A stretch of 64,000 nucleotides of DNA from the human T2T-CHM13v2.0 reference genome, Homo sapiens: positions 15,616,001 through 15,680,000 of the forward strand of contig CP086569.2 in NCBI GenBank assembly GCA_009914755.4. The letters run 5' to 3'. A program made the translations under genes and the position numbers. Of this stretch, positions 24,281-37,469 are shown piece by piece; position 1 is the stretch's first letter; every line of letters begins with the position of its first letter. A model generated the notes under the pieces. It was not told where the DNA came from, made no database searches, and saw only the letters and a program-made list of their open reading frames with translations.

Positions 24281-25130
24281 ACACGGCACTTCCCTGATGC
24301 TTTCATGGGTGGGAACTGGAGTGCACAGGTGCTGGAACTTGCTGGCCACTTCGGGGCAGGCAGTGGCAATCTCCATTGACTCACTGCTCCACCCCTCACA
24401 GGAGGAGAAGCACATGTGAGAGGGTGCAGGAGCCAAGATGAGCAATTTTGGATGCCAGCAATTTTAGGTGTAAGGAAGAAGGAACTCCATATCACCCCCA
24501 CAGCAGCATCTCATAGAGGGTGTTTGCTACCCTGGAAGCCCCAGAGGAAGTACTACAGTGTCCCTTTATCTTTGCCATCTGCAGACAGCATGTTAACAGC
24601 TCAGTGGTGGGTGGGTGTGACAGCCTTTTACACCCACACTCATGGCACCTAAGTTCTTGTCCAGCCTCCAGGAACAATGAAGTCACACAAACAAATTGAA
24701 ATGGTAAATGTGGGGGATTTTATTGCCAGTAGAATTGCTCTCAGGGGGAAGGGAAGCTGGGATAGAGCAGAAAGTTAACCTTCCCTAGAAATCCAGTCAT
24801 TCATGGTCAAAATCCTCTCCAAAGCTGCACCATCACGATGTACTTCTGAAGTCAAGCCACTTCTCTCTGATGTCCAACCATTGTCTCTAATGTCCAGTTG
24901 GTATTTCCCTCTGCTGTTTATGCCTAGAGTTTTTATGGGCACCAAATGAGGGGCAGGGAGGGCCATGGGTGGTTTTGGAAAAGGCAACATTCAAGTAAGA
25001 AGACAGGAATGTAAGTTCTCACTTTGGGCTGTGGTTGCATGCTTTTTGGCTTGAGGGTGGAGCCCTCTCCAGGTACCCACTCTCTTCTGCCCATAATTTC
25101 CCTGCCTCTGTCCCTATCAATTTTATATTT

Positions 25131-25325
25131 ATTTTAGGTATGCAAGAGGCACATTTTTGTGGAAGTTTGAAAATGTTTAATTATTTTAAATCTCCTTTTG
25201 TTCATTTAAGGAATGTCTTTGGAGCTCAGATGTCATTACACATGTTTCCTGACTTTGGGGAGCTTCCTTGCTAACATGGGAAATAAACAGAGTCCCTAGT
25301 AATTATTTCCAAGTTTCTTAGGTAA
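25131..25325 (+). repeat. Copy 2 of the same ~200-bp direct repeat, offset +1048 bp from copy 1
   Basis: ttttaggtatgcaagaggcacatttttgtggaagtttgaaaatgtttaattattttaaatctccttttgttcatttaaggaatgtctttggagctcagatgtcattacacatgtttcctgactttggggagcttccttgctaacatgggaaataaacagagtccctagtaattatttccaagtttcttaggt. The sequences outside the 200-bp block are unrelated. Confidence 0.7.
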
Positions 25326-25856
25326 CCAATTATATGTATTCTACACCCCTTAGCAGTGAGTGTTCATGTTGTCAAATTTCCACTTGTTCTTAAATGAGAT
25401 TAAAACACAACAACAACGATGTTTAAAAGTTTCAACTATAAGAATATAAAATCAATGTATACTCCTTTGGGTTTTTCTCTAATTTTTTCACAGAATTCTG
25501 GTTTGCAAAAAGCCAGTAGCTGATTTATCTTCTGAAGATCTCTGTCTAAAATTAATAGGTATACTTTCATAAGCACACTTCATTTTGCAGGTGAAAAATT
25601 TTCTCCCAACAATTGTATATGATAGTGATTTACAAGTCAGTATTTTTGCTGTAAAGAGCGTGCCTCTAAGTATCATGTGAAGTAATTTAAATTATGCCAT
25701 TTTTTAGTAAGCATGTTGACTGAATCTCATGTATTTCCACTGATTCCACACTAAACAAACTATGTTTTATTTTTACTGCATTTGACTTGGTTTATATAGT
25801 TTACATAGACACTTTTGTATGTCTAAGCATGCCTGAGCATTATACTACATGGCATG

Positions 25857-27552
25857 GTAATGTGGTTTGGCTGTGTCGCTACTCAGATCTCATCTTGAAT
25901 TGCACTTCCCATAATCCCCACATGTCATGGGACAGACACAATGGGAGGTAATCGAGTCTTGTGGGTGGCTATCTTCATGCTGCTCTCAAAATAGTGAGTT
26001 CTTATGATATCTGATAGTTGTATAAGGGGCTTTTTCCCCTTTTGCTCAACATTTTTGTTGCTACCACCATTTGAAAAACACGTTTGCTTCCCCTTCTTCC
26101 ATGATTGCAAGTTCCCTGAGGACTCCCCAGCCATGCTGAACTGTGAGTCAATTAAACCTTTTTACTTCATAAATTACCCAGTCTTGAGTATGTCTTTATT
26201 AGCAGTGTGAGAACGGACTAAATACAGTAAATTAGTTCTGAGAGTGGGGTGCTGCTGTAAAGATACCTGAAAATGTGGAAGTGACTTTGGAACTGGGTTA
26301 AACAGGCAGAGGTTGTAACAGTTTGGAAGGCTCAGAAAGGAAGATATGGGAAAGTTTGGAACTTCCTAGACACTTGTTGAATGACGTTGACCAAAATGCT
26401 AATAGTGATACGGACCATGAAGTCCAAGCTAAGGTGGTCTCTGATGGAGAAGAGAAGCTTGTTGGGAACTGGAATAAAAGTGACTCTTGCTATGTTTAAG
26501 GAAAGAGACTGGCAGCATTTTGCCCCTGCCCTAGAAATCTGTGGAATTTTGAACTTGAGAGAGATGATTTATAGTATCTGGTGGAAGGGGAATTTGGGGT
26601 TAGAACCCACATACAGAGTCTCCACTGGGACACTGCCTAGTGGAGCTGTGAAAAGAGGGGCATACTCCAGACACCAGAGTGGAAGATTGCACCAAGCACC
26701 TGGAAAAGCCACAGAGGGTCAATGCCAGCTATTGAAAGCAGCTGGTGTTGAAGGGTGTATGCAGCAAAGCCACAGGTGTGGAGCTTCCTAAAGCCATGGG
26801 AGCCCAACTTTTGCATTATTGTAACTTGGATGTGAGACATGGAGTCAAAGAAGATTATTTTAGAGCTTTACAATTTGGCTGCCCCACAGGATTTTAGACC
26901 TGGATGGGACCTGTAGCCCCTTCATTTTTGTGAATTTCTCACATTTGGAACAAGTGTTTTTTAGCCAATGCCTCTACTCCCATTGTGTTTGGAAGTAACT
27001 AACTTGCTTTTGATTTTACAGGCTCATAGGCAGAAAGCACTTGTCTTGCCACAGGTGAGACTTTGGACTTGGACTTTTGAGTTAATGCTGAATGAGTTAA
27101 GACTTTGGGGGACTGTTGGTATGATATGATTTGTGTTTTGAAGTGTGAGGACATGAGATTTGGGAGGGTCTAGGGACCGAAAGATATGGTTTGGCTGTGT
27201 CTGCATCCAAATCTCATCTTGAATTATAGTTTCCCTAATCTCCTTATGTTGCGGGAGGGACCCAGTGGGAGGTAATTGGATCTTGGGGGCAGATACCCTC
27301 ATTCTGTTCTCATCATAGTGAGTTTTCATGAGATCTGATGGTTTCAGAAGGGGCTTTTCTCCCATTTGCTCTGCCCTTCTCCACGCTGCTGCCATGTGAA
27401 GAAGGACATTTTTGCTTCACCTTCTGCCACAATTAAGTTTCCAGAGGCCTCTCCAGCCCTGTGGAACTGTGGGTTAATTAAATGTTTTTTCTCTATAAAT
27501 TACCCAGTCTTGGGTATGTCTTTATTAGCAACATGAGAATGGACTAATATCC
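25857..27552 (+). mobile_element. Complete ERVL-MaLR retrotransposon (THE1/MST-like). The 5' LTR is 25857-26227, the internal region 26228-27182 and the 3' LTR 27183-27552.
   Basis: The 5' LTR reads tggtaatgtggtttggctgtgtcgctactcagatctcatcttgaattgcacttcccataatccccacatgtcatggga...ccccagccatgctgaactgtgagtcaattaaacctttttacttcataaattacccagtcttgagtatgtctttattagcagtgtgagaacggactaaataca. The internal region reads gtaaattagttctgagagtggggtgctgctgtaaagatacctgaaaatgtggaagtgactttggaactgggttaaacaggcagaggttgtaacagtttggaaggctcagaaagg...ctgttggtatgatatgatttgtgttttgaagtgtgaggacatgagatttgggagggtctagggaccgaaag. The 3' LTR reads atatggtttggctgtgtctgcatccaaatctcatcttgaattatagtttccc...ccagccctgtggaactgtgggttaattaaatgttttttctctataaattacccagtcttgggtatgtctttattagcaacatgagaatggactaatat. 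Both flanks share ATGGCA, a candidate target-site duplication. Track ORF 26381..26791 lies in the non-coding internal region. Confidence 0.85.
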
Positions 27553-29756
27553 ATGGCACACAGAAATCTTTCTGGGGAGAAAATCATGGTCTACAATATT
27601 TTCTTACTCAGAAATAAGGGGATTCTTTGGGAAATCATCTTCCAGATAAAATCATAGCAAGCTGTGGCAGGAGATTTCTGAAGATCAAACATCCTTGTAT
27701 GTGTCTATAAATATTATCTGAGTCAGCACTCACAATCTGATAAATGCCCTATGTGTTCCAGTTTTCAAATGGTAGGTTTTGAGACAGAATTCACATGTCA
27801 GATGAGTCACATAAATTTGCAGAATGTCTGTGAAGGGGCATGGATATCTTTGGTTAGTAACTACCCAACCATTTTCCAAAGTGGACTTGATCTTTGGTAT
27901 TAGAATTGAGAAGTCCACCTGACCTAAAGAGAATAAGGTATCATCAGGAAGAAACAATATAAAACAAATTTTTTTACTGTTCCATTAGCCAAAGGCAGAT
28001 GATGTCTTAGAGATGTTTGGTTACATAGAGGAGAATCAAATTAAAACACACAAAACAAAGCTATCCTCCTATTAATATGATTTACTGTATAGGACACACT
28101 AATTTACTTGGTGAGAAAAGAAAATGGTTTAGGGGTACAAAATGCAGTTAGATAGAAGGAATAAATTATATGATTGGATAATGTGGTAGGAAAATGTATA
28201 TTTCAAAATAGCTGGAAGAGAAGAATTGGAATATTCCTAACCCAAAGAAAAAATAAATATTTGAGATGATGAATATCCCAGTTACTCTGATTGGATCATT
28301 ACACATTGTTTACAGGGGTGAACATATTACATTTGCCTCTAAAATATGTTCAAATGTATTATATTGATAATAAATAAGTAAATAAATGGCAAAAAACAGC
28401 ATTTCCAAAAGAGTATATTTCTATTAATAACTTTTTAAAGGGAAAGAGTCCGATGAATTGCAATAAGGTTAAAAGACAGAAAGATCCTGTCTCTAAAAAA
28501 AAATAATAAAAATAAAAATACATAAATACATTGCCAAAAGGTTAAAGAAGTAAAAACCTTCTACACATCCATAACTATAGCACCATTCTTGCTGTGGTAA
28601 CTATGGTTTTCTCTAGGCTTAAATATTTTAATTATATTTTATATTGATACTTGCTAATAATATAATATGTATTGTATAGATGACAGACTGGCCTTTTTGT
28701 GATGGCTTTTGCTTGCTTGGCGTATGGTAAAATTATTTATGAAACTTTAGGAAAAAGGTTTTTATATTTTCTTTTTTCTTTAGTATTGTGGAGTACAGTT
28801 CAAACTAACTAGGAAAATTAAAGACCTAAGATATTTTATAATTATATTAATATCATGAGTAATTACAAAAATAACAATAATGACTTTCACTCTGTTTTCC
28901 AGTCCTGTTCAAGATATTTACATGCAATGTCCAATTCAATTCACAAAAGCAATAAAAAGAGACGCTATTTTTTTTTCCATTTGTCAAACAGTAAAGCTAA
29001 GGTTACAGTCTTTCTTATTGATAACCTGGTGGTGATCTTTTGGGATATCATTGGAATCCCATTGGTTTTTCTCCAGAGGTACCTGCCATTAAGACTTGTT
29101 GCCTCAGTGGTTGATATTGGCCAAGACTTCTTAAGTAAAAAATTATTTAATGTTAGGACTTCTGCCTCACTTTTCTAATTAGTGGAGCATTTTGCCTCTC
29201 TACAGAAGAGAATCCCGGAAAATGCAAGAGCTGTCTGGTGTTGCTTAGTGTTCCTGATAATCTAGTATTTTCAGTAACGTTAACTCATATCCGCAGGGCT
29301 ATGGAGGGGGTCACATATTTTTATTCAATTAAATGTCAACACTTGAGAAAAACTTTGACTGTCAGAAAAAAACTGAGTGAGATACTCAGCAAATTGTTTA
29401 ACAGTTGGGGAGTTTGCAATAGTCTATGAAAACTGTTTTACTTTATAGAGCCAGAGAAATTTTTCATTGACCCTAGCACAGTGTTGGTTTCACTCAGGGA
29501 TGCTAACTTTGCTAATATATTTATCCATATACTGATATAATAATTATAATATCATGCTTGTCACTCACTTTGTAACAACCAACCACATTGTCAGAAATAA
29601 CATTTGTTATCCCATCTCCCTCCTACAAAAATCCTATGAGATCCTAATATTATCTTGATTTTCTTTAAACAAATACCACCAGAGGCCCCCTCTTCTTGAA
29701 TTAAGTTGGGTTTATTGACTCTTATGTATTTCTATTAGTATTATTATTATTCATTA

Positions 29757-29985
29757 CAGATAGGATCTTGCTGCGTTGCCCACTCTGGTGTGCAGCTGTG
29801 TGATCATAACTCATTACAGCCTCCAACTCCTGGGCTCAAACAATCCTCCCACCTCAGCCTCTTGAATAGCTGGGACTACAGTTGCCTGCCACCACGTTTG
29901 GCTAATTTTTATTTATTTTTTTTTACAGGTGTGATCTCATTATGTTGTCCAGGCTGGTCTTGAATTCATGACCCCAGATGTTCTT
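29757..29985 (-). mobile_element. Alu SINE (reverse, diverged and truncated)
   Basis: acagataggatcttgctgcgttgcccactctggtgtgcagctgtgtgatcataactcattacagcctccaactcctgggctcaaacaatcctcccacctcagcctcttgaatagctgggactacag...ttatgttgtccaggctggtcttgaattcatgacc. Confidence 0.75.
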
Positions 29986-30394
29986 CCCACTTCTATTGAC
30001 TCTTTACAACAAGAAAGAATATGTACATAGGGGATGTCTCAGTACAAGGGTAGGAAAGAGTTAGAGAATTGGGGCTTGTTTTAAATGATTTACAGAGGGT
30101 TCTGGAAAACTGTGCTTGAATTTGGAATTGATACTTTCAGGACGTGTTGGCAGTTCTATGACTGGTTATCTTAATCTTATGTAAGAGGAGGAAAAATGAA
30201 GCATAGGTTAAAGCAATGGTTGACAAAGAAACAACAGTCACTGATGATACCAAGGACAGGTGGACACTTGATCATGTTTGAGTGTTTGAATAACCACTTT
30301 TTTGTGTAAGTGTCCAGACATGATTACAATGTGGTCTTCATTTTGTCTTGTTCTTTCATGATCACACAGTGGTTTTTCCTTCTGTCACTGTTCC

Positions 30395-30425
30395 ATTATT
30401 ATTATTATTATTACTATTATTTATA
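30395..30425. repeat. (ATT)n microsatellite
   Basis: ttattattattattattactattattt. It is the source of the poly-Y and poly-L track ORFs 30310..30492 and 30348..30554. Confidence 0.9.
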
Positions 30426-31547
30426 TTCAATAGAACAATGGCACAACCTAGCTGCAAGGGACAGGAAAACACCCAGGATTGCCAGGGTTTAGGTGACATT
30501 GCCAGGTCAGCTGCTGATCACCAGGGATTGCTTTTCTCTTTTGTGAGTAACTGAATATTAAATAAACCGAGTAACATATCCCAAATCCTACCGAGAGTTG
30601 GAGGTAATACTGGAGTCTCAACAAAGACTATAGAGGAGAGTCTAGCCCATTCATCTCCAGGCTTTTCTCTAGGAAACCAAAGACCAATATTATATTTGTT
30701 GCAGAAAAGAGACACCCTATAGTCAACATAATGTCCAGTGAGAGTTAATTTTAATGAGGTTCTTTTTCAGAATTCAAGAAAGCTGGAGAAAAGAGGCGTT
30801 GTGTAACTCACATACCAGGAGGCATCTTCTGTAGCTAGTCAGCAGATGCCTCTTCCACTGGAGGGATGCGATCTTAAGGATAGGAGAATTCCATTTATAA
30901 CCAAGACCGCTTCATTCATGGGCCTGGATTGGATAGGGATGGCCCATACCAAGGTCTTTGATTCTCGCTTTTATTGTTACATTCTGTATGACTGATTCAG
31001 ATTTGTCCGCACTAATATATTTTCTCTGGTTCTGATCATTGTGGCCATGTCTTCCTAGAACAAAGGCCTTGGGTTAATTTTTGCAGAGTAATGACGTTCT
31101 CAGCAGCAGCTGAACTCTGTAGATCAATATTCCTCTTTCTTGTTTTCTTCCAATGGCAACTAAACATGCAAGACACATCAGGAGAAGGGTATGAGATTCC
31201 CCAATAGCTAACCAGCAATAATAATGCAACATGTAAGGCTAATGCATGCCCTTGAAATGCCAAGGGATAAATTCATATGCATTTTTTCATTTGGGGTTTG
31301 AAGAGCCAGATGACATGCAAAAGAAAAATATTGACAAAAGATATCTTATCATTTATTTTCAATTATTAAGCTTGATTTTCATACATTCAAACTTAGTTTT
31401 TTAACAGGTACATGACTCTAGTTTTTGAAAGCCAGAAGAATGCACATATAAAATCTTTTTTGTCTAACAAATTAATCCCATGTTTCTTGGTTCTGATGCT
31501 TGCATACTGCTTATGTTAAAACAATTGTGAGCAAGCCCAAACTATAC

Positions 31548-31672
31548 TTTTTTTTTTGAGATGGAGTCTCACTGTGTTGTCCAGGCTGGAGTGCAGTGGC
31601 GCGATCTCAGCTCATTGCAAGCTCTGCCTCCCAGTCTCACACTATTCTCCTACCTCAGCCTCTGGAGTAGCT
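31548..31672 (-). mobile_element. Alu fragment (monomer-length, reverse)
   Basis: tttttttttgagatggagtctcactgtgttgtccaggctggagtgcagtggcgcgatctcagctcattgcaagctctgcctcccagtctcacactattctcctacctcagcctctggagtagct. Confidence 0.8.
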
Positions 31673-33845
31673 ATATTATACTTATTTTTAAAATGACAGT
31701 ACGGCTGAGGTATTCAAAATATGTTTAAAGGTTCTAACAGAAACATGTTAGAAAAAAAGAAGCTTGACAGCTTTTAAGTTTATTAGATACAGAAATTTAT
31801 ACTTAGATTTATTTAGATTGAAAATTAATCCTAAGGCATTTAACCAGCTGGGAGAGCTTATGCATGCATACGAGTTTCAAGCTGCAACTAAGGCAGTTGG
31901 GCAGCAGTAGAAACAAAAAGTTGATATTTATTTTCTTTCAGAACCAACTGTGACTGATTAACCACAAAAGATCAGCAGGGGTATTTGGGCCTAGGTCATG
32001 TTGATGGCCTTTTGGGTTTTAGTTTGCTTTAGGGTTCATTGCTGCAAAAGGAAGCCTCCTCTACAAATGAGATGAGACTGCATGAGTACAAAGCAGAGAG
32101 ATGCAGTGCTTTCTACAGCACTGAGTAGGCAAATTGTGCAGATTTTTCAGTAGAATCTACTTAACACCAATCCATGCATTTGCATTTTATTAAAATGAAA
32201 CTATGATAATTTAAACTGCACATTGCAGATATGACCTATAAAATGTTTGATGTCCTATTTTTAACAAAAGTTTTGAAAATTTGCACTCCATATCAATTTC
32301 TCTACTTATGTGTTTTAGTTATTTTTTGTAAAGAATGCCAGATTTTCAAAGCAAGTAGGCCAAGAGGATGATCTTTTTTTCCTCCTTTTTTTTCCCCCGA
32401 TGTTTAAAATGCAACTGCCATGGGGCTGTGCCCTTTTAGCTGTTGGAAAAAATAATCTACTATGCCTTGGTTGTATGTGTGAGTCACCAGACCTTCTGGG
32501 AATGATTCTTTGGCACATTCTACCAACAATTTAACATGATACAAAATCATTTTCATATCTTGTGATAGTGTCAGCCAAGTGTTTCATACACATGGAGATA
32601 AGTGCTGAAAAAGGTGTTTGAATAAAATTGTTTTCTTAAAGCAACTATAGAGGATGAGATAAAAGGATGCACAATTACATTTCATAAATTGAGAGAGTTT
32701 CCTAAACAAGAGAGCATTCCTGGAAATGCAGAGAAAAATAAAAAGATCTTAAAGATGTTGTATTAAGATAAGTTAGACTAAGGCAGCTTGGACATGTGTC
32801 TCCTTTACTTCATGTTTATATATAAGTAAACATTAAAAGTAGAGGAATTTCAGTTTCCACATAACTTATATAGGAGCAACAAATGGGGCTTTCAACTACT
32901 GACCACATTGGCATATCACCCAATGTTTTCTTTCAGACTTCTCTACCTACGACAAAACCATTGTGGTATTAGAGCTTCATGAACTGTGTATCTTTGATTA
33001 GTTGATTTAACCTGTCTGGCCCTCATTTTTCTCATCTGTAAAATAATTGAGTCTTATGTGATTTGAAGATCAAAAGAATTACTACACAAACAGTGCTAGT
33101 AAGAGTCCCTGCCACATAGAAAGGCTAGTACACACACACACATACATATATACACACACCCCCTCATACTTTTATATATTAAAGGTGTATGATTTATGAA
33201 TTATTGCATTAGAAATGTAAATCTGTTATATATATCATATATATGATAAGTGAAATACAGATTATGTAATTTACACCACCTATTTTATTTTGTAACTTCG
33301 TAAACAGATTTTGAAAATTTTATTTTGTGTGTATGTCTTCCAAGTCATTCCCTAAACTTCATTAAAATCCCTTTGATTTATGGGAAAATATCTGTATATA
33401 TCAGGTATTCATATATATAACACATATAACTCTTCTGAGGTTATAAACACACATATATTTATAACATAGAAAATTACTAACTCATATATGTGCCTATCTA
33501 TATATAATTTTCATATATAACATTGTATATTACATATAAATATTTATATTACATACGAATAATCATCACGTTCTGACAGAATTTGTTAATCTAACCTCCC
33601 TCAACCCCACCCCAAAAAAAGTAGAAACTAAAAATAGAGGAATTTTAAGTTCCACATGATTTATGTATAAGCAAAAAATGGGACTACTGACTACAGATCA
33701 CGTTAGCTAATTGTACAGTTTTCTCTTCTGTGCTTTGTTGTAAATATGATTTTTATTTAAGAGGATATTATTAATTATCTATACAAGAATTGGCTATCTT
33801 CTCCAAACTTCTACTTCGGTTTCATGTTTTTAAAAGGGGTGAGGA

Positions 33846-34146
33846 TAGGCTGAGCACAGTGACTCACACCTGTAATCTCAGCACTTCAGGAGGCCAAGGC
33901 AGGTGGATCACTTGAGGGAAAGAGTTTGAGTGGCCTCGCCAATGTAGCAAAGTCTGATCTCTGCTAAAAATACAAAAATTAGCCAGGAATTGTGGTGCAT
34001 GCCTGCAGTCCCAGCTACCTGCGAGGCTGACACAGGAGAATCACTTGAACCCACTAGGTGGAGGTTTTAGTGAGATGAGATCATCCCACTGCATTCCAGC
34101 CTGGGTCACAGAGCAAGATACTGTCTTTAAAAAAAAAAAAAAAAAG
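33846..34146 (+). mobile_element. Alu SINE
   Basis: ggctgagcacagtgactcacacctgtaatctcagcacttcaggaggccaaggcaggtggatcacttgagggaaagagtttgag...cattccagcctgggtcacagagcaagatactgtctttaaaaaaaaaaaaaaaaa. Confidence 0.9.
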
Positions 34147-37100
34147 TGAAAAGGGTGAGGATTGTTATTTCTATGGGCAGGCCCACACAGCATTGGATTC
34201 CTCAGAAACTGCACAGTAAACGGGAGTCTCTTAGCACATCTGACAGAACTTCAAGGGGCTGACTGTTCATTATCCCACAGCCCACTCTGCTCTGTGTAAG
34301 TGGAGACTCCATGTCTTTGTTGTCTTGCAGTCCCTAGATGATAAGGGCACAGAGAAAAATCACAGAAATCAAACATGGTAGCACAGAAAAACACCCCAAA
34401 GTCAAGGATAAGATGAAAGTTGTGATCGTACACATCAAAGTCGGACTCTTATCTAGATGGGCACACCTAAGCCACAGGCTGACAGGCTGAGATTCTACAA
34501 AGGCTCTGGACCCCAGATAAGTTTAAGTGATTGCATCGTGATCTCTTCTTTTCATTGGTGGAGGCAGTGCTTTGAATGACTAAGCTGGATATCACTTTCC
34601 AGGGAATCCTTTTAGGGAATGTGACCATCCAGCTATCTCTGGATGTCTTTGGTGCCATAAATACTTTTCACTTGGTTGAGGATACTTTTAGTTTTATATT
34701 CATGCGTCAACTTGTACAGAAATGTGTGTTTTGGGCTTGTAAAAAAGTTTAATCATAAGACAAAGGGCTACAGGTTTCATGTTTATTCACAGTTTGATGA
34801 ACGGCACTTATGGACACATATGTGTATACGGTAAGTGCTCACTGAATTCCTCTTGAGTGATAAGCTAGGATACAAAATGTCAGAAGATAAAGAGTGAGGA
34901 TGGGCACTGGATCCAAATGTCAGTGAACTCTGAGGGTCTCTTGCTGGTTGAAACAACAGAGTACTTTTATTTTCATTCTAAACCCTCCATGACCCATGTC
35001 CTTATACCAATGAATCACCTCCTCAATAACCCCTCAAACATGGCATCTTTGAAGTAGAGCCTCATTGACAAGCACTAATTAAATGTCTGTCATGGATACT
35101 AAAATGTATATATGGCCTTTGTGCCTGGACAACAGTACATGTGTCAGCTGTTTCTTAAGCCTACATCCAACCATTAAGTAAAGCCCAGTGCGCTCTTAGT
35201 TCCTCAAATCTGTTCAAGTCTTGATGTTTGTTCAACATTTTGCCTGGCTCCAGTCATATGTCTCCAGCTATCTGTAATGGACTCAATATCCTGCTTATAA
35301 AATGCTTTAGTCATGTGGGTTCATTTTTGGTTTAGCTGTATAGGTCAGGAATAAGTTAGAAATAACCAAAATACTCCAAATCAAGTTCTAGCTGTTTTGA
35401 TACAAACATTTTCCATCAACCTTACTTCTCCCTAACTCATCTGTCTGTTTCTGTGCCCTTTCCCATGGGGTAAAACCTTTTATAGTATCCAGATGCCTTC
35501 TACACACAGAAGCAATTTTGTGCAAAAGGCTCCCCAGGGGAAGAAGAGGACAATGCCTTCATGGGAAGCTCCTTTCTGTTAAATCGGATTTGCATACCTA
35601 ACCAAAGCATTTGCTTCAGTTAACCAAGTGAGGGTGGAGAAAGTCTTGCAAAACTATAGCTACATTGAGAGGGATTATTAAAATTATTCAGTCATTCATT
35701 AGAGGAGCTTTGACAAAGATTGCAGAAACAGATATAAAACAGGAAATATTAACAAAAACATTCTCAAAAATATTTTATAATGTCCAGAACAACTGGCATG
35801 ACTAACATCAAAGAAGGGATATGTTTTGACATTGATTTACTAACCACTTATCATTGATACTAAATCCTCCTTTGAATACTTATTTACGATTAAGACAGTC
35901 AAGTTATATGAGTATGTTCAACCAACAAAGGTTGCAAAACATAGTGAATTTAATATTCCTCTGCCATATGGCCATCCTACACTTCTGCATCACAGTCATG
36001 GCTCTGCAAATAGATCAGACTTTTTGGCCAGTCCCTTGGGGGTCACTGCATTCTAAGGTGCTTGACCAGGAAGTAAGATGCTCTTCTCACTAAGTGATAT
36101 ACGTGTGGTCCTTGTGGATCTGCTAAGAATCTCAGAAAAGGAATAAAAGATACATGAAATTGTTTGCATGCTACTAGCTCTAGTGGGTAGATTGGTGGCA
36201 TATTTCTTCTTGGCAAAAGACAGAAAGTATCCAAAAGTTCACCATTTTTCTCCTGGTTGGGGAATGGTGTCTTTTAGACCATTTTGTTCAAAAGAAAGGT
36301 AAAAATAGCATGAAAAGAGAACCCCTAAATTGCCTTACTCAAGCCTTCTACTCTAAGTGACTTGTATAAAATGTCTTGTTCAGTAGTTACCCAACTCCAA
36401 TCTACCCCTAAGAGGTTCTAGTAAAGTACAGATTAGCTGGATTTAATAAAGCACAAATAGGTAGCAGATGCATTCTTACATCTCAATCTAATCGGTAACC
36501 TTCTTTATCCTCACCCATGGCTGACTACTATGCATAAAGAATAGGAATTCTGACCACTCAAGAATCTTAACCATACATTCAGTCTGTTGCAGTTTCTCCT
36601 CCATTACACATTTTTTTTTTTCGCTTTTCTATCCTTGGACAGCCACAGACAGGACAACTAGTCAATAAGAAATGAGTGTGAAGGTGACAACTTTCCTCAC
36701 TAAGAGGATAGGGGCCATGAGAGGAAAAGGGTACTTCTTGTGTGGCTGGTAATGGAGTTAAAATTTGATGCTACAGTCTTCTGGGAGCAGCAGCTGTATG
36801 TGCTTGAACTTTACTTTGGAGGCATCCTCTAATTCCAGGGGTTCTGTGGCCAGTACCATCCACTGCAGTTCACTTAACTTGGGCTGAGTCTGTTTCTTCC
36901 CTCCATCACTTCAGCTGGACCTATTCTTTGACCCTCACATGGTTTCCAGTGGTGAAACCAGGGAAGAGTCTCTTTGTAGAGGACCAAGGAGCACTTTTTT
37001 CTATGTAGTGCACATTTGGCTCCATCACCATCATAGCTAACATGTCCAACCCTCCAGCATCTTCAACCTTCGCCACTGTCTTTGCACTGCCCCATAAGGC

Positions 37101-37289
37101 CTGAATAAGGCTGATGGGTCATGTATGGCAGGGCCACCCCAACAGTCTAGTAATAGGTCTTGCATTGTTGGACACACTTCTTGATTTAGAACTATGGCTT
37201 TCAGTCATGGTTAGGTGTGCCCCAGTTGGCAAGGTAAGGAGACATTTCCAGTTGTTACAGTGAGTTTGAAGGGTGTTAATGCATTTAGT

Positions 37290-37400
37290 TCATGGAGACC
37301 AGGGTTGCTGTTCAATATCCTACAATGCACAGGACACTTGCCCATAGCAATGATCTGATTCCAAATGTCAACGGTGCTGACATCAGTAAACCCTGCTCTA
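37290..37400 (+). mobile_element. MER20-type (hAT-Charlie non-autonomous) fragment, 3' half
   Basis: ccagggttgctgttcaatatcctacaatgcacaggacacttgcccatagcaatgatctgattccaaatgtcaacggtgctgacatcagtaaaccctg matches the MER20 consensus ...ccagggatgctgctaaacatcctacaatgcacaggacagcccc...aaaatgtcaatagtgctgaggttgagaaaccctg. Confidence 0.6.
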
Positions 37401-37469
37401 AGTCAATGCTTTTTTTGTATGCATATTTTAAAAGTCTCCTCCAGCTAAACCATTAGCTTTTAATGGGGT

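Noticed and set aside
26381-26791. Longest track ORF in the window (136 aa, + strand)
   Set aside because: It is located in the internal region of the MaLR/THE1-type element. That region is non-coding in this family. The ORF has no recognisable domain and has low-complexity composition.
28474-28520. Possible short Alu or FLAM tail (gacagaaagatcctgtctctaaaaaaaaaataataaaaataaaaatac)
   Set aside because: It is too short to distinguish an Alu 3' end from a chance A-rich stretch. It is not reported as a feature.
30310-30554. ORFs with poly-Tyr (YYYYYYYY) and poly-Leu (LLLLLL) runs
   Set aside because: They are translations of an (ATT)n/(TTA)n microsatellite in two frames, not proteins.
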